Shown here: positions 48,965-59,631 of the stretch, piece after piece
Position numbering within the stretch: position 1 is the first letter of the stretch
Layout: every line of letters begins with the position of its first letter
Assembly: GCF_000497125.1 (NCBI RefSeq)
Contig: NC_090600.1
Span: 1,261,197 to 1,325,196, forward strand
DNA from: Spironucleus salmonicida
Lineage: Eukaryota
DNA length: 64,000 nucleotides
Direction of reading: 5' to 3'
The notes under the pieces: model-generated
Seen by the model: the letters and a program-made list of their open reading frames with translations, nothing else
Databases searched by the model: none
What the model was told of the DNA's origin: nothing
Made by a program: the position numbers and the translations under genes

Positions 48965-49576
48965 GATTGATTTCCTACTTTTTTGATAGATTGTTAGTTA
49001 CTGATTATGTTTTATTCTAAGTATTATTAAGTTTAATAGTGTATTGAGATTTTTACGATTATCGTTGTTAAACATACTTCACAATGTTTTAACATAATAA
49101 ATAAATCTGAAGAATAAATATAGATATTATAGCAACGATTAAGATCATATGTTTTCATTACTATAAATACTTATGCCATTCAAAACATTAAAACTAATCA
49201 TCTGGTGTTTGTTTAGTATATTCTTATGGAATTAACTTATACTAGGATTTTAATAATTTATCTAATGCCGTATTAAATTAAACAAAAATATATATTTTTA
49301 TAAATAAAATATATTTAATTTTATCATACTGATTTAATATATTTTTTAATATGAAATCTTTGCACATATGTCTAATAGTGTATGTTCGTTTGCATAGATC
49401 TTTTATTTATCGACTAACTTATAAAAGTAAAACAACAATTTAATTATACAAAACGAGTATGAAATAAAAATTTCAAACAAAGATAGGATGAAAATTACAA
49501 TAGCTTGTTAATTACCTAAGTTTTGTAATGAAAATTATTATATAGTTGTTGTGATGAATTTAGTTAGATAGGTCCA

Positions 49577-50369
49577 TCATTGTTTTATTAAAAAATGATA
49601 ATATAAATCTGAATACGAATTTATATGTCTATTGATAGTCTAAATATCAAAATTAACTATTGGGAATATATTGGTGATGAATATAAACTTCAGATAAAAA
49701 TAAAAAATAAGTAATATTGATAAAATTTACCTAATATCCTGCCAAAATCCTATGTTAGAGAATTTGTTGACTTATAAATCTTTGCCTTCTTTCTTGGCAT
49801 GTTTGCATTCGTTTTTCTAACAAATAAGACCAACAAAGTAAATAACATAGGATGCTAGATTAAAAATCCAGCCTATAATTATCATAAATGATAAGATACT
49901 GTTATAAGTATTGTAAAATTTATTAAGTATCCCATTTTTGTTTTCCTTGGGAAATAGATCTTAAGGTCCTTGAATAAAAGAAAACATAAGCTAAAGAATG
50001 ATGTAAGAGTGAATACTCTTAGTAAAAGTAAATAAACGTATTAGTTTTTTTATGAAATTTACCTTTAGATATCAAAACTAAGAAAATTATGAATTCAATA
50101 ATGCAGACTAAAAATGAGATTATTAATGTTTAAATATCCAGAAATTATAACTGATCAGATTTAATATTATCTATAGAACGAAGTATTGTAATGATAGCTT
50201 AAGCAAGTATGCAAAATGTCCCACATAAATTGCATACTTAAATTAAAAGATGAAATACATTATTTGTTGATTATTTTTTCTTTTATAAATCAGTATCTGC
50301 ATTTGTAATGATAACTGGTTCTTGTATAATAGGAGTTAATACTTTTTCTTCTTCTTAGTATACGGTCAT
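49577..50369 (-). pseudogene. AT-rich paralog of membrane protein 5016-5462 with a +1 frameshift at an A7 run
   Basis: Homology (DIQTLIISF...) continues as FTFTKSIHSY..FSFIQGPQDLFP only after a frame change at 50045-50051; the unshifted frame runs to TGA at 49647. Confidence 0.7.
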
Positions 50370-50849
50370 TTATAAAAAATAGCAAAACATAACAGTGCGA
50401 ATATATAAAATATTTAATGAGAATTACATTTAAAACACCTGTTTATAAAATAGTTGAATGATTAGATTAATATTGCACTTAGCCTGGATGTAGAAAATTT
50501 TGTAATATAAATACATTATATTTGTTGTGAAAGGACGTAAATATTATACCTCAAATAATATAGAGCTATTAGTATTATAGTAATAATACCAGATTTTAAA
50601 AAAATGTATTATATAAATAAAATATATTACATACTAATTAAGCATTTATCATATTTATCAATTGAAATTTCTGTAATTTTAGAAATTATAAACTCTAGTT
50701 AATACAAATATTATAATATATTCTTGATTTATAGTAATTTATAATACTATATATTAAGTTAACTATCAAATCTTAGAAAATTATTTTATGAAACAAAACT
50801 TGCTAATATTAATTAATATGTAAGTAATATATTAAATTTATTTTTATAT

Positions 50850-53800
50850 ATGACGGATATTGTTCAAAATGATAATACCGATCAATTTTTTGAAAATCCA
50901 CTGGATATTCACTAACTTATGATAGACTTTGGGAACCTTAGCATTGAGTCTAATAAGAAAGACTATTCGCTTTTGCACAAACTGATAAAAAAGTGTATAG
51001 ATGAAATTAAAGAGTCAATGATAAATTAGTTCGCTGAAATTGTCGAGAAATCTAAGCACTAAACAGCGTTAGTTTTTGAAAAACGGCCAGTCTATGTGCT
51101 ATTTGAGCAGGAGCTGAACTGCAACCCTGAGACGGATCACCTCGCACCCAAGAACTTGTACCCTATTTTCAAGCCCAAGATAGAAGTCATGTTCGACCAG
51201 ATTCTAAAGGTTATTAATGGGTACACGACCACCGAGCTGATATCGGCCGAGGAAAAGGTGGCCATGCTCTGCAGGCAGATCCTAGCAGAAATAACGGAGA
51301 TCAACGACTACCTCATCGTCGAACTGATCACGAAATCGACCGAAAGTGACAAGTTTCAGCAGCTGGCGGATACCCAGAAAGTCAAGAACCTAAATGAGCA
51401 GCAAAATATGAGGAAGCGAATCTCTCTGCTGAAAGAGCAAATTATGGAAAAAAGGAGGACCGGAGTTATGTACAGCCCCGATTTTCTCAAAGATATCAAC
51501 GAAGCTTCCGAGTTTAAAAATAGCGTCAGCGGCCTAAACGATCGATTCAAAACTGTAGCTATTCGGAATGGTAATTTAGAGGCAGAAAATGCAAAAATGA
51601 AAGGCTAATTGGAAATATTTTCTAACTCCAATGAATATCTAGACAGAACTATAAAAGAGCTAGATAAAATTAAATAGGCCTATGTAATCTTGTAAAATAA
51701 GTATATTATGGTAACAAATAATATAAACGAAGATGATGATACAGTACAGAGTTTAACATATAAAATTTCATAATAGTAAGAGACCATTCGTTTATTTGCA
51801 GCTAGACTTGAGATGTATGGAGACGATCCAGAAGATGTTGCCGCTGAAAATCTTTAATATTTAACGATAGATGAATTGTATACTAAATTTTAACCAAATG
51901 TAGAAAAGGCTATATAGATTACTTAAACATATATAGATATGTCAAAAATGAATTTACTAGATTCAGGAGATTCTATGTATCTTTTAGATTCATATAAAGA
52001 ATAATTAGCAATTTAATAACAACACCTTAAAAATCCAATCCATAAATTTATCTAAACTGAAAATAATAATAGTTAGTATTTTAACCAATCCTCGACAAAT
52101 CAGTCTTCTCGTATTAAATTGTCTCCTTCAAGATAATCGCCTACCAGATCTAATTAATCTTATGCTGTTAATCAAATGACAATGTCTGGCGGTTAAATAA
52201 AAGATATAAGTTAAGCTTAAATAAATATATTGCTTTAATAATTAAGTGTAACATCCATTGAATAATTAGAGAATTTTAAAACAGCTTAGAGTATAACTAA
52301 TACTTAAAAAGCTTTAACAGCTGGGGCAAACACACTAAATGTCAGAGAAGTTAACTTTGATACCAATAATGACAATATAGTAATTCAAGACCACAGCACT
52401 AAATATTAATAATTCATTAAGTAAAGTAGTACAGCACATCTAGTTATAATGGACAATATAAACTCTGATGTTTAATTTAATAATAGTAAAGAAGTCATCG
52501 TAGGGTATAAAAATTAAGATACTATATAAAACAAAAAAAGTTTGAATAAAATAGATTAATATGATAACAGATAATTAAATAAGTTAATAAAAGGTGAAGA
52601 TTATACGTAAATAGTAAACAGTAATTTTGAAAATAGATAATTATATTAAGCTAATAATAATAATGTTGATAATGTTAATACAAATGAAACTTAATACAAA
52701 TACGGAGAAATAAGCTAGTAAAATGATATGAATAACAAAATACACTCTACTATTAATAATATATAAGATATATCTTCAAATATTATGATGAATTAGAATT
52801 CAGTAGATAATATTATTAATAAAAATTAATAAAATAATTAAGAATATTATACTAATAATCCTAGTGACGTACTAAATTATATTAAAAAAGATCGATATAC
52901 ACTTTCACCTGGTGGACATTGTGTGGATAGTAATAAAAAAAGAATAGCCCTATCGGAAATAGAATAATCAGAATAAATTGCGGAACAATTTTCCATAAAT
53001 AAATAAATAAATAAATGTTATCAATCCCAGAAGCGAATTATAAATTTCCGAGGATGGAACCTTAAAATCTATATCAATGTAAATTTATGATCAAAATAAC
53101 CAATTATTAAATAACATTCCATTTGAAAATTATGAGGTAAACCATTCAATTAAAATAAAAACAGATACAAAAGATTTTTAATAGATTGGAGATAATTTGC
53201 TTCAATCACCAGGTGGAAGAATGTACACAAATGATGGTCAAGTAATTATTGGTTCTGATGATCCTATTCTTGCATCAAGATATAGACAAGCTGCTAATAT
53301 GCATTTATCAGAAAGCTCAAAACTTAGAACTGGGACTATTGTATAGATGTTTAATAGACTAGGGAAAAATGAATAAGATACACTTCTTAGGCGATAATAA
53401 AAGTTAGAAAAATTATAAGAAGAATCGAAAAAACTTTGGTTACGTCTTGTAAACAGTAGAATTCACCAACCTACATTAGATGCTTTAAAAGACTTTAATG
53501 AGAATCAAATGAAACATATTTAGTAATAATTTAGTGTTATTTAAAATTAATTTGGTAAAGTTTCTCGTTTAAAGAATCTTCCAATTACGTAAAACTTAAT
53601 TAGCCTAGAAAATAAAATTTAGGAAAAACTATTAAGCTCAAAACTACAAGGGACAATAACAAGTTAAGATCTTTAAGAAAGAAACTAATAACATTCTATA
53701 TTCTAAAAAATTAGCTAAACAACTTAATAGCAGCTTCCAAATGTTTCAGGAAACTAACTTCTTATGTCTGTTAGAGCAAGAAATACCTAAAAAATATCAC

Positions 53801-53925
53801 CATATAAAAACGAGATGTTGAACTAGTTTCGAATGAAATCTATGAACGCTATGTTACCCTAAACAGGTTTAACAAACGGTAATAGAGGAATGCAAGGACG
53901 TAGTTTTAGCATGATCAAAAAGTGA
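50850..53925 (+). pseudogene. Paralog of 23541-26612 with a frameshift at (AAAT)5
   Basis: Frame from ATG 50850 stops at 53088-53090; the homologous C-terminus (SPGGRMYT...GSDDPILASRYRQAAN...LLMSVRARN) is in the +1 frame and ends AAGTGA at 53925. Confidence 0.78.
52997..53016 (+). repeat. (AAAT)5 tetranucleotide microsatellite inside a coding region
   Basis: Direct reading; removing one unit restores the frame. Confidence 0.9.
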
Positions 53926-54813
53926 AATATATTAATTTATATATAAGTAAGATTTTAAAATGAAATTAGTCTACAAATTTAATGATTACAATTTAGGATA
54001 TATTGTTTAATATTTCATTTGAAGTGTTGCTAATATTATGAAGCTATTGACTAGATTAAGTATATAACAGATAATATTTATATTTATAAACATATTATAA
54101 GTTAATACCTATAAATAAGGATAATATTATAAATCAAGCTGGTAATTATCGATTAACCTCCAACTTAGCAATAGTATCTCTCAAATATTCATTTTTACAA
54201 TGTTAAGTTATAATTTATTTGGAAAATATATAAATTATAAACTTAAATCTAAAATATGCTACGCATATTCAAGTTTTTGATAAATATTCTTATCAGACAA
54301 TAATATTATTTTTAGTTAATTCTACCTGTTCATTTTGAACTTTTTATATATATGAATTTTAAATAACTTCTCTACAACCAAGTAATGTAATTAAATTTTT
54401 ACTTTATAAGAAACTAAATCTATTAATTTATTAACCTAATTAAATTAGCAAGATGATATGTAAAACAGCTTATATGAATTTAACGACCAGTATAATATTC
54501 CAGTTTATAATTTAATAGAATTTGCATTACTTCTTATTATTATAAGTAGAAATGAACTGTTTTGTACTTGTATCGCTTTGTGTATCCAATTTTGCTAACT
54601 TTAATACAAATATATAAAATAATATTTCTTACCACTATACACTGATATAATTTTTATTTTAAAGTAATTTTTTGAGTAATGGCAAATTGACTTTATAATT
54701 TTTATTGAGAAAACGTATTCAAAATATTCATATAATAAATTTGTTTATTCTATTTTTAAAACTAATGTTTTAGAAAATCTGTAATAATATGTAAATATTA
54801 ATTATAAAAATAA

Positions 54814-54820
54814 CCACTCC
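54814..54820 (+). promoter_or_regulatory. C-rich CCACTCC motif upstream of the kinase ATG
   Basis: 8 nt before ATG 54829. Confidence 0.55.
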
Positions 54821-54828
54821 ATATCTAA

Positions 54829-56517
54829 ATGACTGAATAAGCACCTGATGGTAAAATTCGTGTTAAACGTGTAGGTAACTACATTATTGGTAAGACAATA
54901 GGGGAGGGTTCTTTTTCTAAGGTAAAATTAGGCACTCATTTAGTGACTAATGAGCGTGTTGCGTTAAAAATTATTGAGAAAGCTAAAATTACTGAATCTT
55001 CTGATATTGAAAGAATAACGAGAGAGATTTAGATATTAAAACTTCTTGATCATCCAAATGTTGTGAAACTTTATGAAATTATTGATACTCCTAGACATCT
55101 GTATATTATATAAGAGTTTTTATCTAATGGTGAATTATTTGATTTTATAGTAGCACATAAGCGCTTACCAGAGCCATAAGCAGCTAATTTCATAGTTTAA
55201 GTGTTCTCTGGGCTTAATTATCTTCATTCGAAATTTGTTTCTCATAGAGATTTAAAACCAGAAAATTGCGTTTTAGACAAAAATAATAATATTAAAATTA
55301 TTGATTTTGGTCTTTCTAATGTTTTTAAAAATTATGCATATCTTAAAACGGCATGTGGATCACCAGCATATGCCTGTCCTGAAATGATTAAAGGTGAAGT
55401 TTATAATGGAGCAAAAGCTGATACATGGTCGTGTGGTATTATTCTTTATGCTATGCTTTGTGGTGCCTTACCATTTGAATCTAGTACAACTTAAGGTTTA
55501 TATTGTAAAATTTTATCTGGTAATGTATATTTTCCAGATTATGTTTCAGAAGGTGCCAAAGATGTTGTTCGTTAGCTACTAACAATTGATCCTAACAAAA
55601 GAGCTAAAATTTAGGATATTGTTAATCATTCTTGGATCTAAGAAAATTGGACTAAAATTAATCCAAACCAACCATTAAAATTGACAGTAATCGATGATGA
55701 CCAATCATTACATTTAAGAACTTTATAATAAATGAAAACTCTTAATTTTGATGTAGATTAAACAATTAAATCTCTTAATTTGAATAAACATAATGCTTAA
55801 ACGGCGACATATGTATTATTAACTTAATAAATTAAGTAAGGGAAACTTGAGGCTGAACCTGAACCTACTAAAATCGAAGATAGAGCAGCTTTAGCATAAA
55901 AGATAGGTCTACGTGTTAAAAATGACAAAATTTTCGATGCAGAAGGGAATGAAATTGGTGCATTAACCATGAAAATTGATGCTTTAGAATCTAAAGCAGA
56001 TGACACACTCAACGGTACCGATACTAGAGTTGAGATTGCAGAAAATGTTCATGTACGTGCAGATTTACATAATGCACAGAAAGATCTGGATATGACGCCA
56101 GTTGAATAAAGGCTGTAAGAAGACGAAAAAGTTAGTGCTGTTCCTACCTTATCTATTTTACCACAGTTAAAAGATTAATTATTTTAATAAGAAGTTACTT
56201 AAAGAGCATTAGTTGATAAAGAGAATGAAGATATTCGTGTTTATGCAGGAACTGTTACTCCTGGAATGAGTAGCAAAATGCCTCCTGATCTTATGCTGAA
56301 CTTGATAGAAGAAGTATTTAAGAAACTTAAAATAAAATTCGTCAAAGAAAAATAATATTTATTTAAGTGCTAAAGATTAAATGTTATTATGAGTTGTGAA
56401 ATGTGTAAAGTATAAGGATAGGAAGAGCTTGTGTGCGTTGTATTTAGAAGAATGACAGGAGATGCTTGGGTTTACAAGGAACTTTGTTAACAAATTTTGT
56501 CTGGTATGGGATTGTGA
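54829..56517 (+). CDS. CAMK/CAMKL Ser/Thr kinase (SNF1/AMPK/MARK-like) with UBA-like and KA1-like C-terminus, 562 aa
   Basis: IGEGSFSKVK, VALK, HRDLKPEN, DFGLSN, TACGSPAYACPE, DTWSCG; C-terminal FRRMTGDAWVYKELCQQIL. Confidence 0.95.
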
Positions 56518-56578
56518 TCAAATTGTACTTATGAAAATTTATATTCTATATAATATTTATATTACCATTCTAAATCAA

Positions 56579-58330
56579 ATGTCTCTTATGTATCCAGGCG
56601 AATTTCCCCTTTATCAGTTTTAGGCTGAGATTTGTTAACCTCCAAATATAAATTCAGAATATCTTCAAGCTACCCCACGACCATAAACAGTTATCTTAAA
56701 ATTTCCATTAGTAAAAAAATTTGATGCGTAAATTTTGATAACTACGGCAAGAGTATTTATTTTTGAACCTACATAAACTGATTTTATTCGTTAAATATCA
56801 TTAAATTCAACACTAAAAGAAACTCTGTATCAACAATTCTTTATTACTCACATAATGACCCTGACCAAAATATCTGGTCAGGAAATCATTATTGATCTAA
56901 TCTCACCACTTCGGATTATAGTAAAATTCTTGTCTATTGAGTAGGTTCCTAATGTTTTTGACTATCTTAAATAAAAATCAGCAGTTCTTTTACAAGGTTC
57001 GGATTTTGTTTTTTGGAAAGGTTTTATGGCCTTAAATACCACAAAATAAATAATAAAGCCCACAAACTTTCCTCCTTTTACTACTGACTTACTTACTTTA
57101 AACTGGAATTCTTATTTTGACATGTATTAACAAATTAAATAAATTAGTATAACAGGTAGCGACCTGGATGATGTTTTAAATGCCCCAATTAATTCAGATT
57201 TAAGTCAAGCCCTTAGGAAATAATTTGAGTCATTCCATGCATTTAAACTTCCGACCCTAAAAATTAATTAGCTTTTACCACTTAAGTTCCTTGAAAATCT
57301 TTAACCCAACACAACTGGGATTACACTTTCCGTTTAAAATTTACATTATGAGCTATGTGAATCATATTCTGCGATTTTTGCAACGCCAGACGTTAATCTT
57401 TCAAAGCCTTCTATGTTTGAAAATTCTAGATTCCCAATTTTATCATTCTCACGCATTTTAAGATGTGGAAAATTAAATTCTAATTGCGATTATGAACTTT
57501 TTAGAAATGTACTGAAATGTACTAATTCTGAAAAACTTATTATCCTAAATTTAGGAACATCTTTTTAACCAAGAAGTTCACTTTAATTTTAAATCTTTAG
57601 TCCGATCTATCCTTCTTAAAATGATTTATTGACATCATTCAATTCGTTATATCATTCTTCATCTCAAACCGATCCAATAGCCATGGCCAAAAAAATTGAC
57701 TTTTCTGCTTAAAATATCGTAGAATTAATGACATCCTAGTAATAATTAATTAAAACTGAATTAAATACATAATTTCATGTTAAAAATGAGCTCTCAAATT
57801 GGCCTAAAATAGTGCGTTAAACACTATAAGTTGCAACAAAGATCACTTAAATTATAGACCCAAAAACGCTTGTTTTAGTTTCTGGTAGTGATGAAAGACA
57901 ACTGGGGAGTGTTATAATTTGTCTTAGTGAAATTCTCATTAACTCGAAATCTAGAACTGTGAAAGGACTTTAATAAATGATTTGGAAGCATTTAGTCTAA
58001 CCAGGTTTTGTGTTTGATTTACCGCTATTAATATTACTTAACGATTGTATTGATTTTTGCATTCAAAAATGCCCAAAATCATTCCATTTCAGCAGAGCAT
58101 TCTTAGCTAAATATTTTTGTGGATTAGCAGGACGCCAAACTGGAGAATTTTGTTTCCGCTCGGAGCTTGAAAAAGTAGTTTTGGGTGTCACTTTAACAAC
58201 TTAACTTTTGGAAGTTAACGCTGGAGTAGAATGGCAGGGCGAAATCGAAAATATTGGTAATGAAAGTGCCGAGTGGTTAGAAGGTGTCGGACGGCTAGGA
58301 TGGTTTTGGAGTATTTTTGGTAGTGTTTGA
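56579..58330 (+). CDS. Myotubularin-related protein, predicted catalytically inactive, 583 aa
   Basis: NLHYELCESY, FENSRFPILSF, SRTVKGLQQMIWKH, LNDCI...PKSFHF, GEFCFRSELE; P-loop position reads LVLVSGSDERQ. Confidence 0.78.
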
Positions 58331-58577
58331 TTAGAGTGATGTAAATTTTAGAGTCTAGAAGGAGATTATAGGACTGAAAGATGTATAATGGTTTATAATG
58401 AATCATAGTTAAATTTATCATAATTTAAATATTCTTATAAAAATGGAGAATGCTAAATTGTAATACTTAGTATATTCTCATACTAATTTCCTATGATAAT
58501 ATATTAGTAGAGAATATAACTAACTACTTAGTATATTATATATTAAAAATTAGTATTAAATATATTTTAGCGAAAGA

Positions 58578-59495
58578 ATGACAGTATCTATCACGTCACC
58601 AATTGCATTTCTTAACGCGATTAGATTCTCAACTATAGATCAAACATAATTGACTAGAATGCGGTATGTACCTAATAAAAATGTAATCGAACTGATCACA
58701 CAATCACGAAATTCTTAAGTTTTTATTAGAGGTACACTCTACATATCACAAGAACAACAGTAATCTCAAATTATAACAAATGCTCCATCAAAAATATCAA
58801 TGTTTACTGATTTTTCAGAGTAAAATTTCGACTTCACAGTTCCGGCGAAGCAGCTTTTGCGAGCAGTCCAAGGCCTTGCTAACCTTGTCAAATTTACATC
58901 ACCATTACCACCCGTATTTAAAATATCTTTCCCGGATGAGGATTCTCCTTTCCTTTCATTATCAGGAGCAATTTCCCAACTTAATCTCATTCTAGACCGC
59001 GACTCGGATATCAAGTCATTTTATCAAATTCATACGACAACAGAGACAGTCGATTTTCCATACACTTTTTCGCCTTCCACTGCCAAATTTTACGCCGTTA
59101 TATCTTCTTTTGCCCTGTTCTCCCTCATTGATTCACTGAACTAGTCCGTGAAGCTATAACAAACGTGTAAAATTATTTTTACGTAGGATGGTAAAGATAT
59201 GCTTATTTAGACGCAGGATGAAGCTGGCGTGAATGTGGTCGCCCAGATGCCAAACCATCAGGTTGGGAAGAGCTGGATTCTAGAAAGTGTAAAATTTTGT
59301 GACTTTGAAGGCGTTTATACATTTAGTGGTGTCCGCGCAGTCGCTGGGATGCTTAAATTTTGCGCAGAAACAGATGCAGTAGTGGTCCTTGGATGTATAA
59401 GTGGAGAGATAATGTTCAGAATTCCAGTTGGGTAGGGAGATAGAATTAGTGGATAATTTGTGGTGGTCCTGGCAGGAATCGACGCCGATTAGTGA
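58578..59495 (+). CDS. 305-aa protein, possible PCNA-fold 9-1-1 clamp subunit (Rad1/Hus1-like)
   Basis: Table-6 ORF ending TAGTGA; clamp-like size and repeated strand-helix pattern; family call is tentative. Confidence 0.6.
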
Positions 59496-59631
59496 GGATA
59501 ATATTTAATATTTTAGTATATTGTAGGGAAGCAGAGTAGTTCGGGGTGAAAATACATGACACTGATGGTTAAATTGCTGAATTCATCATTAATTTGATGA
59601 AATATAATTAAGACTAAACCGTTTCTCTCAC

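Noticed and set aside
56878-57123. Short minus-strand ORF
   Set aside because: Antisense to the myotubularin-like gene
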